The notes beneath the pieces were generated by a model that worked only from the letters and a program-made list of their open reading frames with translations, searched no databases and was not told the DNA's origin. The position numbers and the translations under genes are program-made. This document shows positions 19,476-29,728 of a stretch of DNA of 64,000 nt, piece after piece (the stretch's first letter is position 1; each line of letters opens with the position of its first letter). This DNA comes from an uncultured Rickettsiales bacterium (GTDB lineage Bacteria; Pseudomonadota; Alphaproteobacteria; Rickettsiales; RI-342). Location of the stretch: positions 3,935 through 67,934 of the forward strand of contig CAZIGK010000006.1 in the NCBI GenBank assembly GCA_964538615.1, in the 5' to 3' direction.

Positions 19476-21395
19476 ATGTCCTCTTCTTCTGCTTCACATC
19501 CCGCTCCTATCCGTGTCCTGTTGTTAGGCGGCACCTTTCTCATGGGAGCACTAGAAGACGGGCTCTATTACCCCATCTTCACCCTGCATGATATACTGCT
19601 GGCAGATGCCGCGTTGCATCACTTTGCCCATTGGCGTGCCCACCCTAACGACCCATCCATCATTGCACACATAGAGCAACGCTACGCCGACATGACCGGA
19701 CAACCCATCGCAAACCCCATGCCGCCACAGCTTGACGAAACCAAACTGGCCGCGCTGGAAGCATGGATTTTGGGAGAAGGAGACAGCACCCACCACATTC
19801 CGCCCGGCCTGCTACGGCAAACGTTCACGCGGGAATGGCACCGCACGGCGAAAGGCGAACATCTGCAAGCCAAACATTTCGGTCACTATCTCCTGCAAGC
19901 CGATCGCTATGCCGTGGCGCATCTGTTGGGCATCACACCCACGCCTGCCCTCCCTGCCCGTTGGGGTGGCCATGCCTATGGTCAACAGGCCTTGGAACAA
20001 GCGGTTGCCAATCTGCAACGCCAGCAATTACAGGCATACCCTATTCTGCCGGATGTACTCTACCCCCTCGGTGAGCTGGTAGACAGCCTGAACCTGACCG
20101 ATTCTCCAACACCTCCCGCCACCAGTCCCGATTCCACTGATGCGTCCAACACCCACACCATACGCGCCCTCATCGCAGCGGTACGTGCCTGCCTGCAACG
20201 CGGGGAATATCCACTGGTGATTGGTGGAACCGATACTCTGGAATGGTACGCCAGTGCCGTGGCATTAGCACTGGGTGAGGCATGGCAACAGGCGGGAATG
20301 CTCTTTGTCTCCGCCATGCAGGGTTTCGGCCAGAATCCTCAGCATGTAGCAGGTCTATGGCGCGCCGCAATGCAGGTGCACCAACATCACCCTACCGGTT
20401 GCCATGTTCTGGTAGCGGAGGATGCCTCTGTCCAACGCTGGCACCTGCTGGATGCCGCGCAGCCTTTCACCAAAATATCCGCCGCCGCAGAATGCTGGCA
20501 AGCCTTCCGTCAGGCGGAAAAATCGCCTCTCCACCCGCGCCCATTACCTCACATCGCCACCGTGGAATCCCTTCCCTGGCGCCGTATTTTCCCTCCCCTG
20601 CATGCCGATACCCCGGTGCGGCATGTCATCGGCTGGCTGCAAAGCCTGACCCATCGGCACCTACTCACCCGGCATAACACGCCGGATACATGGCACGGCC
20701 TGTTGCTGGCAGGCATCCCGCGGGAGGCTCTGTCCCACAGCGGCATGGCAGATGCCCTGACCCATGCGTTAGCGCAAGCAGTACAGGCGGGTTTGCAGGT
20801 CAGTCTGTACAATCCCTATCAAGGGCAAGCGCCTTTATGGTCATCTCCCCTGCAACCGGCTCTCTCCCCAAAGGATGCCGCACACTGGCGGAAGATCTGC
20901 CAACGCATCGGCGCCCAGTGGCTGGAAGAAGAAACACTTGCCCACGCCTACTGGCGTTGCTGCTGGACGGAAACCTCTCCCTCCCCCCCATGTTCAGGGG
21001 CGCATACGCCGGGTCAGGCACCATCCTTTCCCGTCGCGTGGGAGCGGTTGGCACTCTATTCCGTACCGCTCATACCGGTCATGCAACAGGCCATAGACTG
21101 GCTGCTGCGGGACGTGCATCTGAAACAACTGGTAGTAGTTGCGCCACCCAGCGGTGTCCTGCCAGAAGTGCTGGCATACCGCCTGCAACAGCACTGGCGG
21201 GACTGGCACCCCCCCAGAGGCAGCCTGCAAGTCACCACGGCCCATGCCGGGCTACAGCAGACCGCTCAACACCCGCATCTGGAAACCACCCACTGGCACA
21301 CGGGTGCGGTTTATGCCCCCGTGCGCGTCTGGCGACAATCGCTCTACGCCTGCTCACGGGGGGATAGCTCTGTCCAACAACTCGTCTCGGAATAA
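19476..21395 (+). CDS. Hypothetical protein with diverged asparaginase-fold motifs
   Basis: The ATG at 19476 (MSSSSASHPAPIRVLLLGGTFLMGA) avoids overlap with rpiB. VLLLGGT (compare TGGTIAG) and PLVIGGTDTLEWYASAVAL (compare HGTDTMEETAYFL; nt 20223) are separated by a roughly 220-aa insert, followed by about 380 aa that I cannot assign. Confidence 0.45.
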   Translation: MSSSSASHPAPIRVLLLGGTFLMGALEDGLYYPIFTLHDILLADAALHHFAHWRAHPNDPSIIAHIEQRYADMTGQPIANPMPPQLDETKLAALEAWILGEGDSTHHIPPGLLRQTFTREWHRTAKGEHLQAKHFGHYLLQADRYAVAHLLGITPTPALPARWGGHAYGQQALEQAVANLQRQQLQAYPILPDVLYPLGELVDSLNLTDSPTPPATSPDSTDASNTHTIRALIAAVRACLQRGEYPLVIGGTDTLEWYASAVALALGEAWQQAGMLFVSAMQGFGQNPQHVAGLWRAAMQVHQHHPTGCHVLVAEDASVQRWHLLDAAQPFTKISAAAECWQAFRQAEKSPLHPRPLPHIATVESLPWRRIFPPLHADTPVRHVIGWLQSLTHRHLLTRHNTPDTWHGLLLAGIPREALSHSGMADALTHALAQAVQAGLQVSLYNPYQGQAPLWSSPLQPALSPKDAAHWRKICQRIGAQWLEEETLAHAYWRCCWTETSPSPPCSGAHTPGQAPSFPVAWERLALYSVPLIPVMQQAIDWLLRDVHLKQLVVVAPPSGVLPEVLAYRLQQHWRDWHPPRGSLQVTTAHAGLQQTAQHPHLETTHWHTGAVYAPVRVWRQSLYACSRGDSSVQQLVSE

Positions 21396-21402
21396 TAGTC
21401 TC

Positions 21403-23388
21403 TCACGCTGTCGGCACTTCCGGTCGGGTACGGACCAGCTCCCCGATAATATCCGGGTTGACCAACGTGGAAATATCTCCCAACTGATCCACCTCTCCAT
21501 GCGCCAGTTTGCGCAAAATCCGCCGCATAATCTTTCCGGAACGCGTACGCGGCAACCCAGAAGCAAAATGCACCACATCCGGGGTCGCAATCGCCCCAAT
21601 CTGCTGACGCAGCCATTGCTTCAGCTCTTTGGCTTTTTCCGGGGTTCCCTGCACATCTGGCAGCAGGGTGGCATAGACATACATGCCCTCGCCCTTGATC
21701 GGGTGCGGTATGCCAACCACGGCGCTTTCGGTCACGTCCGGATGTTCGTTTAACGCCGCTTCCAACTCAGCCGTACCCATGCGATGGCCGGAAATATTCA
21801 ACACATCATCCATCCGCCCCACAATCCAGATATCGCCATCCGCATCCCGTCGCGCCCCATCTCCGGTGAAATAATAACCAGAGTACTGGCTGAAATAGGT
21901 TTCATGGAACCGCGCATGATCGCCATACACGCTACGCGCCTGTCCCGGCCAGCTTCGCTTTAAGCAGAGCGCCCCTTCCGCCTCCCCCGGTAATTCCTGC
22001 CCCTGCATATCCAACAGCACCGGCTCCACCCCAAAGAACGGACGCATCGCCGCGCCGGGTTTCATATCGCAGGCACCGGGCAATGGCACAATCATAATGC
22101 CACCCGTCTCTGTCTGCCACCAGCTATCCACAATCGGGCAGCGGTCATGCCCGACCTGATGATACAGCCAACGCCAGGCTTCCGGGTTAATAGGTTCACC
22201 CACACTCCCTAAAATACGCAGGCTCTCGCGGCTGGTTCCCTGCAACCATTGCTCACCCTCCCGCAACAGAGAACGCACCGCTGTGGGAGCGGTATAAAAA
22301 ATACTCACCCGGTGCCGGTCTACCATGTTCCACCAACGATCCGGTGACGGAGCATTCGGCACCCCCTCAAACATCAGAGTCGTCGCACCATTGGCCAGTG
22401 GCCCATAGACCACATAGGAATGCCCGGTAATCCACCCTACATCGGCCGTACACCAATAGATATCGCCGGGGCGGTAATCAAATACCAACTCATGCGTCAG
22501 GCTGGCATAGGTCAGGTAGCCCCCACTGGTATGCAAAACCCCCTTTGGCTTGCCCGTAGAGCCAGATGTATAGAGAATAAATAAGGGATGCTCCGCCTCC
22601 AACACTTCCGGTGCACATTCGGCAGATACCTGCTCACGCAGCACATGCCACCACTGGTCACGCCCTTCCTGCCAGCCCACCTCTGCTCCGGTGTGCTGTA
22701 TCACCAGCACCGTCTGGTCAGATAACGCCCCCAACGCCTGATCCACATTTTCTTTCAGCGGCACGGCTTTGCCACCGCGCATCCCCTGATCTGCCGTAAT
22801 CACCACCTTGCTTGCGCAATCCTCTATCCGGCTACGCAACGCTTCCGGAGAAAAGCCGCCAAACACCACAGAATGCACCGCTCCAATGCGTGCGCAGGCC
22901 AGCATGGCATAGGCCGCTTCCGGTATCATCGGCAGATAAATCGTCACCCTATCCCCCTTCACCACCCCCAACCGCTTCAAAACATTGGCCATGCGCTGCA
23001 CTTCGGCATGCAGTTCGGCATAGGTGATGCGCCGTACCCGTTCACCATCATCGCTTTCCCACAAAATCGCCACATCTTCAGCCTTGTGCGGCAAATGTCG
23101 GTCGATGCAGTTGGCGCTGACATTCAACAACCCGTCGTCATACCAGCGTATCTGCGCGGTGGGCGCAAACTGCCAGTGCATCACCCGCTGCGGAAACCGA
23201 TACCACTGCAACCGCTCTGCCATTTCTGCCCAAAACACCTCTGGCTCGTGCAGAGACTTCGCATACATCTGCGCATAGGTTGCTGCATTGATTTTCGCAT
23301 GCGCGGCAATCTCCGGCTTGCAGGGAAAAACCGTGGTCGCCAAATGCTGTCGCCCCTCTTTCATATCGCCTTTCATATCGTCTTTCAT
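21403..23388 (-). CDS. acs: Acetyl-CoA synthetase
   Basis: 661 aa with AMP-forming ligase motifs ([33 protein letters not shown]). GGGAGGA Shine-Dalgarno 7 nt upstream of the ATG at 23388. Confidence 0.95.
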   Translation of the reverse strand: MKDDMKGDMKEGRQHLATTVFPCKPEIAAHAKINAATYAQMYAKSLHEPEVFWAEMAERLQWYRFPQRVMHWQFAPTAQIRWYDDGLLNVSANCIDRHLPHKAEDVAILWESDDGERVRRITYAELHAEVQRMANVLKRLGVVKGDRVTIYLPMIPEAAYAMLACARIGAVHSVVFGGFSPEALRSRIEDCASKVVITADQGMRGGKAVPLKENVDQALGALSDQTVLVIQHTGAEVGWQEGRDQWWHVLREQVSAECAPEVLEAEHPLFILYTSGSTGKPKGVLHTSGGYLTYASLTHELVFDYRPGDIYWCTADVGWITGHSYVVYGPLANGATTLMFEGVPNAPSPDRWWNMVDRHRVSIFYTAPTAVRSLLREGEQWLQGTSRESLRILGSVGEPINPEAWRWLYHQVGHDRCPIVDSWWQTETGGIMIVPLPGACDMKPGAAMRPFFGVEPVLLDMQGQELPGEAEGALCLKRSWPGQARSVYGDHARFHETYFSQYSGYYFTGDGARRDADGDIWIVGRMDDVLNISGHRMGTAELEAALNEHPDVTESAVVGIPHPIKGEGMYVYATLLPDVQGTPEKAKELKQWLRQQIGAIATPDVVHFASGLPRTRSGKIMRRILRKLAHGEVDQLGDISTLVNPDIIGELVRTRPEVPTA

Positions 23389-23402
23389 CCTGTTATCCTC
23401 CC

Positions 23403-24260
23403 TTATTCATTCAACGCATCCCCCAAAAACAGGCTCCCACTCCCGCGCTTCGCCGGGCTGGGCTGGCTGGCGTCCGGCTTCCAGCCAATCAGGGTCAGCA
23501 ATTCATAGGTGGCGACAATCCGCCCGTCTGTGTTTGCAAATTGCTGCTGATAATACTCGGCTACTTCCACCAACTGCCGAGGACATCCCATACCTTTATG
23601 CTGCTGTTGCAACAGGTTACTCTCTCCCATGGCGCGCAGTTCCCGCATCAGGGCAAAGGCATGCGCATAGGTAGCGGTCACGGTCACTTTATCCGCAATC
23701 GGCAAGGCCAGCCCCGCCCGCTGTAACAAAGCGCCACCATCCCGCACATCCATAAACGGGTGAATATGTGGTTTCACCTTACCCGTCTGCATTTCCACCT
23801 GCAAAAACGCCTGCCGCAATTCACGCAGGCTCTCTCCGCCGGGAAAACACGCCATCAGCAACCCATCCGGCTGCAAGCGATCTGCCATTTGTCTCAGCAT
23901 ACCGGGCACATCATTCACCCGATGCAGCAAGCGACTCGTGAAAATTGCCTGCACCGGCTTTGGCAACAGCGGTATCTGCTCCTGCACCAACTCCCGCTCC
24001 GCGATACGGACAATCTCCGCCAGCGGAAATTGCTGCTGCAACACCCGCTGCATCGCCTCACTGCATCCAAGCAGCAAAATAGACTGGAATTGCCGCCGGA
24101 TATCCTGCACATTATCCAATAAAATCTCTTCTGCCATACCGTGCAGAAAATCCGCGCCTGCCACCTCTGCCGACTGTTTGACCAAACGGTTCAGGCGTCT
24201 GGCTTTCAACGCAAGATCAAACGGTGTCAGAACAGCAGAGGATTCAGAAGGGGCAGACAT
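23403..24260 (-). CDS. Class I SAM-dependent methyltransferase-like protein
   Basis: 285 aa with a methyltransferase-like layout (…[11 protein letters not shown]…, …[13 protein letters not shown]…). It ends 14 nt upstream of acs and is divergent from comF. Confidence 0.55.
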   Translation of the reverse strand: MSAPSESSAVLTPFDLALKARRLNRLVKQSAEVAGADFLHGMAEEILLDNVQDIRRQFQSILLLGCSEAMQRVLQQQFPLAEIVRIAERELVQEQIPLLPKPVQAIFTSRLLHRVNDVPGMLRQMADRLQPDGLLMACFPGGESLRELRQAFLQVEMQTGKVKPHIHPFMDVRDGGALLQRAGLALPIADKVTVTATYAHAFALMRELRAMGESNLLQQQHKGMGCPRQLVEVAEYYQQQFANTDGRIVATYELLTLIGWKPDASQPSPAKRGSGSLFLGDALNE

Positions 24261-25062
24261 GCAATCTATCCATCACAACAGGCACCGTTCCTTTCTATCC
24301 TATCCTCTCCGGCAGGGCAAATACTGGCTGGAGTCATGGCTATTTCCGGCACATTGCCTGCTGTGCCCCACCCCCGTGCAACAGCATGGCGGCTTTTGTC
24401 TGGACTGTCATGGCAAACTAGGCTGGCTACACGCTCCGCTCTGCCCGGTCTGCGGCCTGCCGCAGGCAGATGATACCTCCTCCCCTCTCACATCATCCCT
24501 TCTGCTATCAGCTCCCTGCCCTTCCTGTCAGGAAAATCCTCCCCCCTTTCAGGCGGCGCGCTCCGTGGTCGCATATGATGAACACAGCCGACCGCTCATT
24601 CACCGCCTCAAGTTTCACGACCAACTGTATCTCGCCCGCCCACTTGGACACTGGATGGCGCATAGCCTACAGCCGATTCTACCAGCCTCCGATGCGCCTA
24701 TCCCCACCTATATTCTACCCGTACCCCTGCACCGCTGGCGGCTTTTCCACCGCATGAGCAACCAATCCCTGCTGCTGGCACGCGCCATGGGGCAAGTCAT
24801 GCAGTTGCCGGTCTTGCCCCATACGCTGCAACGGATTCGCTCCACCCGCCGTCAGACGGGCTTAAGCCGCAGCCAACGCCTGAAGAACCTGCACCGTGCG
24901 TTTGCCATCTCCCCCCAAACTGCCACCCTTCTCTCTGGCGCGCATGTGATTCTGGTAGATGATGTTATGACCACCGGTGCCACCATTGAGGCCTGCTGCC
25001 GTGCCTTGCGCAAAGCAGGGGTTGCCCGCATTACCGTGGCGACCTTCGCCCGCACATTATAA
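24259..25062 (+). CDS. comF: ComF-family amidophosphoribosyltransferase
   Basis: N-terminal Cys-pair zinc-ribbon-like motifs (CLLCPTPV…CLDCHGKL…CPVCGLP) and the C-terminal PRTase motif VILVDDVMTTGATI. Confidence 0.8.
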   Translation: MQSIHHNRHRSFLSYPLRQGKYWLESWLFPAHCLLCPTPVQQHGGFCLDCHGKLGWLHAPLCPVCGLPQADDTSSPLTSSLLLSAPCPSCQENPPPFQAARSVVAYDEHSRPLIHRLKFHDQLYLARPLGHWMAHSLQPILPASDAPIPTYILPVPLHRWRLFHRMSNQSLLLARAMGQVMQLPVLPHTLQRIRSTRRQTGLSRSQRLKNLHRAFAISPQTATLLSGAHVILVDDVMTTGATIEACCRALRKAGVARITVATFARTL

Positions 25063-25078
25063 ATCCATGGTCTGCATC

Positions 25079-26590
25079 TTACCCAAGGGTCAGCAACAGC
25101 CGCCCGCGCTTACGCTTTTGCTCTTCCTGCAAGCGCACATAAGCCAGATTGGCACGGTAAAGCCGTTTTTGCACAGCGTCAGTTGCTAACAATTCGGGTT
25201 CGCTGCTTTCAATCAGCAATCGGTTTTTCCCCAACTGCGGACGGGTACATTCCAGCACCTTCCGGCTACCACCTGAAATCGCGTAGGCCAATGCCCCCAT
25301 CGTGCCCAGAAAAAACCCATAGGCACAGTCTTCCCGCGTACTGCCCAGCGCCTCCAACCGCGACATCGGGTAATCATTCTCAAACCGGAACCGATGAAAC
25401 ACCGTAACAGCCAATAACGCACGCTCCCGGTGACTAATGCCCATGATCGGGGCATGCATAATGCGCATGAAAGCCGCCTCTGCCCGAAACACCGACACAT
25501 CAGGAAACGGCAGGGTCATCAATAAACAGGCTGCAGCCAGCAATCGCTGGTCATTCGGATGATCCGGCTGCAATACGGGCTGCAACCACTCCAGCAATGC
25601 CTCGCCAAACTCCTGATTTCCTTCGTTTTTGTTCAGCATGTCGTTGGCAGCGGCGTGCAGAGGTTCGGCTCCCTGCTCTTCCAGCGACAATAACCGATAC
25701 AACACCCCTTCCCGCACCCCGCAGGACGAAAACATCACCCGCTCCGGCTCAAAATATTTAATCAATTGCTGCAAAATCAAAGCCGCCATGGGCAGAGTAC
25801 GCAAACGTTTACCCGTTACTTCCGGCACATCCGGCAGCATCTCTTCCGGTGTCTTGGAAATACGGCTGGCAAAACGCCGCATCTGCATCGCATCCGCTTC
25901 ATAGGCATGCAAAAGCTTCAAGGGGTAATGCGTCTCATCCATATGCAGCCGCGCCAATGAACGAAAACTCCCCCCCACCAAATACAACTGGCATCCTCTG
26001 GCCTGTTTACGCAGTGGCTTCTGCGTCTCCAGCCATTCTTTAATCCATTCACGGGCACGCCCCCGCTCATTGGCGGATTCATTCATCACCCGCAACACCC
26101 CCAACGGCAAAGAGCAACGCCGCCCAAAACTGCCGTCTCCGTGAATATGCACCAGCTCCAGACTACCTCCCCCCAAATCACAGGCCAACCCTTCGCCCTG
26201 TTGCAAACTGTTATAGGCTCCCTGTGCCGCCAGTTCCGCTTCTTCATTTCCTTCCACTAAGCGGATATGAAATCCGGTCTTACGTTGCACCTGCTCAATA
26301 AATGCCTGCCCATCGTCCGCATCCCGCAGGGCGGCGGTTCCAATCAGCGCCACCTGCTGCACCTGCATAATATCCGTCAGCATGGCAAAACGCTGTAATG
26401 CCGCTAAAGCGCGGATAACCCCTTGCGGGTTTAGCCTGCCCGTGGCAGCCAACCCTTCCCCCAGCGCGCAGAGTACTTTTTCGTTAAATAGTTCCGATGG
26501 CGTGCGCTTAATCCCATCGTACACCACCATCCGCACGGAGTTAGACCCAATATCAATAATGGCCAGCTTGGCATGGTGACGGTCAGTCAC
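25079..26590 (-). CDS. ppx: Exopolyphosphatase (Ppx/GppA family)
   Basis: N-terminal LAIIDIGSNSVRMVVY (ASKHA fold); 503 aa; GTG start overlapping the ppk stop by 8 nt. Confidence 0.85.
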   Translation of the reverse strand: MTDRHHAKLAIIDIGSNSVRMVVYDGIKRTPSELFNEKVLCALGEGLAATGRLNPQGVIRALAALQRFAMLTDIMQVQQVALIGTAALRDADDGQAFIEQVQRKTGFHIRLVEGNEEAELAAQGAYNSLQQGEGLACDLGGGSLELVHIHGDGSFGRRCSLPLGVLRVMNESANERGRAREWIKEWLETQKPLRKQARGCQLYLVGGSFRSLARLHMDETHYPLKLLHAYEADAMQMRRFASRISKTPEEMLPDVPEVTGKRLRTLPMAALILQQLIKYFEPERVMFSSCGVREGVLYRLLSLEEQGAEPLHAAANDMLNKNEGNQEFGEALLEWLQPVLQPDHPNDQRLLAAACLLMTLPFPDVSVFRAEAAFMRIMHAPIMGISHRERALLAVTVFHRFRFENDYPMSRLEALGSTREDCAYGFFLGTMGALAYAISGGSRKVLECTRPQLGKNRLLIESSEPELLATDAVQKRLYRANLAYVRLQEEQKRKRGRLLLTLG

Positions 26591-28799
26591 GGCGCAGCTC
26601 CTCTTTACCTATCGGCTGCTTTTTTGCATTGGGTCGCAATTCTGCCAGTTTTTGTGGTTTACGCAAAGTACGCTTCAGCGCCCGCCCCCGACCGGAAAGG
26701 GAGGGGTTGCGCATAAAATATTCGTGGCTGGAAAATTGCCCAAGCTCTCCCAGTTTGCGCTCATAATGCCCATCCGGCAGCAAAAACCAGCTATGCCGGG
26801 TATCTTCCACCGTTGCCACCATAATCTGCCCGACAATTTGTTCATGCACAGTGGGGTTATCAATCTCCACCATATATTCCACCCGGTGGTCAAAATTGCG
26901 GAACATCCAATCCGCAGAGGAAATAAACACCCGTGACTCCAACGATGGCAAACCATGGCCATTACCAAAACAAAAAATACGGGAATGCTCCAAAAACCGC
27001 CCAATAATGCTTTTAACGGTAATATTCTCGGAAAAACCGGCAATTCCCGGTCGCAACGCACAAATACCGCGCACAATCAACACCACCTGCACCCCGGCCT
27101 GCCCTGCGGCATACAGGGCATCAATCGTCTCCTCATCGGTCAGGGAGTTCATTTTTGCCCATATTTGCGCGGGTCGCCCCGCCTTGGCATGGCTGGTTTC
27201 CATCTCAATGTGGCGTATCAACTCATCCCGCATATGCAAAGGAGACATGGTTATTTTCCGGCACTGCCGGGGTAGTGCATAACCCGTCAGGTAATTAAAC
27301 AGCCGCGCCACCTCCTGACAAATCGTGGCATCGCAGGTAAAATACGAGAGATCAGTATAGACTTTCGCTGTGACCGGATGATAGTTTCCCGTTCCCAAAT
27401 GCGCATAGCTGCGCAAGCCTTCCGGTGTGCGTTGGGTCACCAGCGACATCTTGGCGTGGGTTTTCAACCCCACCACGCCATACACCACCTGCGCCCCGGC
27501 TCTCTCTAAGTCCCGCGCCCATTTCATGTTGGCTTCTTCATCAAACCGGGCACGAATTTCCACAATAGCGGTCACTGCTTTGCCAGCTTCAGCCGCTTCT
27601 ACCAATGCAGCAATAATGGGAGAATCATTGCTGGTACGGTACAAGGTCTGTTTAATGGATAATACATCCGGGTCACGGGCGGCCTGCTGCAAGAACCGCA
27701 CCACCACATCAAAACTTTCAAACGGATGATGCACCACAATATCCTTGGCATAGATAGCCGCCAGACAATCCCCATTAAAATCATTAATACGCTCCGGAAA
27801 GCGAGGAATATACGGCTCAAAGCGTAACTGGCTGCAATGCTCATCCGCCACCAGTTCACTCAGGCTGCGCATATCCATAATCCCATGGCTGACAAACTGC
27901 GCTTCATCCTCAGCATGCAGTTGTCGCACCACATAATCCCGTAAAAAACCGGGCATTTCTGCGTCCACCTGCAACCGTATCACGTGGCCACGCTTACGCT
28001 CTTTCACGGCTTTTTCAAAGCCGCGCACCAAATCATCTGCATCATCCTCAATATCCAGATCACTATCCCGTAAAATACGGAACATTCCTTTCGCCAGTAC
28101 CTCATAGCCGGGGAATAACAGAGGCAGAGAATGGCATACCACCTCTTCCAGTGGAATATATCGGCTCTGTCCATTGCGGCGGGGCAAAGCGATAAAACGG
28201 CTTAGCTTTTGCGGCAGTGGCACCACCGCCAATTGCTGCTTTTTCTGCTCTTGCTCGTGCAGTTCCAAAATCAGCGTCTGGCTCTGGTTCGCTAAAAATG
28301 GAAACGGATGCGCCGGATCCAGCGCAATCGGCGTCAATACCGGAAAGATTTCCTGCTGAAAAAACTTTCCCAGCCATCGCTTCTCCTGCGGTTTCAGGTC
28401 GGCCATGGACAACACAGACAACCCTTCCACCTGAAGTGGCTGACGCAAAATGTTCCACTGCTCTTCCTGCCCTGCCAGCAGACGCATCACTTTCTGGTGA
28501 ATTTTCTCCAACTGTTCGCGGGCGGTCAACCCATCCAGTGACCGTTTATGCAACCCCTCCCGCACCTGATCCCGCAACCCCGCCACCCGCACCATGTAAA
28601 ACTCATCCAGATTGGAGGCAGAGATAGACAAAAACCGCAACCGCTCCAACAGCGGGTGCTCTGGGTTACCTGCCTCCTGTAATACTCGCGTATTAAACTC
28701 CAGCCAGGACAGCTCGCGGTTAAAAAAACGCTCTGCCGGATGCTCAAAATGCTCCAGAATTGTCTTTGCCAGCGTGTGCATACCCATGGAATCGTCCAT
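26583..28799 (-). CDS. ppk: Polyphosphate kinase 1
   Basis: RFFNRELSWLEFNTRVLQEA N-terminal motif and phosphohistidine region GLKTHAKMSLV. The start is uncertain: Met codons at 28799, 28787 and 28781, while the track ORF extends to 28868. Confidence 0.9.
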   Translation of the reverse strand: MDDSMGMHTLAKTILEHFEHPAERFFNRELSWLEFNTRVLQEAGNPEHPLLERLRFLSISASNLDEFYMVRVAGLRDQVREGLHKRSLDGLTAREQLEKIHQKVMRLLAGQEEQWNILRQPLQVEGLSVLSMADLKPQEKRWLGKFFQQEIFPVLTPIALDPAHPFPFLANQSQTLILELHEQEQKKQQLAVVPLPQKLSRFIALPRRNGQSRYIPLEEVVCHSLPLLFPGYEVLAKGMFRILRDSDLDIEDDADDLVRGFEKAVKERKRGHVIRLQVDAEMPGFLRDYVVRQLHAEDEAQFVSHGIMDMRSLSELVADEHCSQLRFEPYIPRFPERINDFNGDCLAAIYAKDIVVHHPFESFDVVVRFLQQAARDPDVLSIKQTLYRTSNDSPIIAALVEAAEAGKAVTAIVEIRARFDEEANMKWARDLERAGAQVVYGVVGLKTHAKMSLVTQRTPEGLRSYAHLGTGNYHPVTAKVYTDLSYFTCDATICQEVARLFNYLTGYALPRQCRKITMSPLHMRDELIRHIEMETSHAKAGRPAQIWAKMNSLTDEETIDALYAAGQAGVQVVLIVRGICALRPGIAGFSENITVKSIIGRFLEHSRIFCFGNGHGLPSLESRVFISSADWMFRNFDHRVEYMVEIDNPTVHEQIVGQIMVATVEDTRHSWFLLPDGHYERKLGELGQFSSHEYFMRNPSLSGRGRALKRTLRKPQKLAELRPNAKKQPIGKEELRRD

Positions 28800-28882
28800 A
28801 CCATACCGGGGAGAAATTGACCCAATAAACAGGAAAGCGTAAAAAGGCAGTAGGCTCTCTCGCTTCATCCTAAGGACGATTC

Positions 28883-29395
28883 ATGAAAACTCTGTTTATT
28901 CTGCGCCACGCGAAAGCAGAACCGGATGCCGGTAAACACCCGGATCATGCCCGCCTGCTCAATGATCGCGGGCACAGGGACGCGCAGCGTACTGGCCGCT
29001 GGCTACAGGAAAAACATTACCAACCTCAACGCATTCTCTGTTCATCTGCCCGCCGCACCATGCAAACACTGGAGGAAATTCAACCCTTCCTCCCACAGGA
29101 AAGCAGCGTCTGCTACGATGATGAACTCTACCTCGCCTCTGCCGGCACATTGCTCTATTGCCTGCAAACGCTGGAAGAACGCTGGACATCTGTTCTTCTC
29201 ATCGGGCACAACCCCGGCCTGCAACAACTCATTCATCTGCTGCTGGCCAGCATCCCGCCACAGCGGGCAGAATCGCTGCAACATCTACCCACCTGCGGTC
29301 TGGCTATCCTGCAATTGCAGAATACCCCCTGGGCAGACCTGCAACCCGCCACCGCCACCCTGCTGGATGTTCTCTCACCCAAAGATTACCTTTAG
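28883..29395 (+). CDS. sixA: SixA-type phosphohistidine phosphatase
   Basis: 170 aa; LFILRHAKAE (RHA catalytic motif) and LLIGHNPGLQQL. Confidence 0.75.
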   Translation: MKTLFILRHAKAEPDAGKHPDHARLLNDRGHRDAQRTGRWLQEKHYQPQRILCSSARRTMQTLEEIQPFLPQESSVCYDDELYLASAGTLLYCLQTLEERWTSVLLIGHNPGLQQLIHLLLASIPPQRAESLQHLPTCGLAILQLQNTPWADLQPATATLLDVLSPKDYL

Positions 29396-29419
29396 CCGGT
29401 TTCGCTCTGGCTCTGGGCT

Positions 29420-29550
29420 TTCCTTGGCTCCACTCGGCTTGCTAGCCTCATTCCGCGTCGGCACTGCGTGCCTCTCGCTGACGCTCGCTAAAGGCGGCGG
29501 CCTGCTTGCCGCCGTTCTTGTCCCACGCCCTTTTCAGATTTTTCCCCGTC
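29420..29550 (+). repeat. Dispersed intergenic repeat, copy A
   Basis: CCTTGGCTCCACTCGGCTTGCTAGCCTCATTCCGCGTCGG…CTCGCTAAAGGCGGCGGCCTGCTTGCCGCCGTTCTTGTCCC. Related to copy B and, in reverse complement, to the copy at 37359-37469. Confidence 0.6.
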
Positions 29551-29570
29551 ATGCCTGCGTAGGCAGGCAT
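29551..29570. repeat. 20-nt palindrome ATGCCTGC-GTAG-GCAGGCAT
   Basis: Perfect 8-bp stem with a 4-nt loop, lying between repeat copies A and B. A near-identical copy is at 29709-29728 and a related one at 10900-10941. Confidence 0.6.
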
Positions 29571-29708
29571 CCACGGGAAAACTTCCCTTGGCTCCGCTCG
29601 GCTTACTAGCCTCGCTACGCGTCGGGGCTAAAGCCCCTCTCGTTTCACTCGCTAAAGGCTCGCACTCCTGTGCTCGCTTCTTGTTCCTTGCACCAACCAA
29701 ACCTCTTC
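29571..29708 (+). repeat. Dispersed intergenic repeat, copy B
   Basis: CCCTTGGCTCCGCTCGGCTTACTAGCCTCGCTACGCGTCGGGGCTAAAGCCCCTC…CTCGCTAAAGGCTCGC…CTTCTTGTTCC. In tandem with copy A. Confidence 0.6.
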
Positions 29709-29728
29709 ATGCCTGCGCAGGCAGGCAT
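29709..29728. terminator. 20-nt palindrome ATGCCTGC-GCAG-GCAGGCAT immediately 3' of phoR
   Basis: Perfect 8-bp stem 5 nt downstream of the phoR stop (minus strand). There is no U-run, so terminator activity is only inferred. Confidence 0.35.

Noticed and set aside
20690-21367. 225-aa plus-strand ORF in an alternative frame of the 19476-21395 gene
   Set aside because: It is Arg/Ala/Gly-rich with shadow-frame composition. The longer frame carries the recognisable motifs.
23353-23388. Triplicated 12-nt unit at the acs 5' end (ATGAAAGACGAT ATGAAAGGCGAT ATGAAAGAGGGG, encoding [12 protein letters not shown])
   Set aside because: The duplication is real, but the first ATG has the good Shine-Dalgarno sequence. 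The extra residues precede the conserved Acs core. It is most likely a harmless slippage product.
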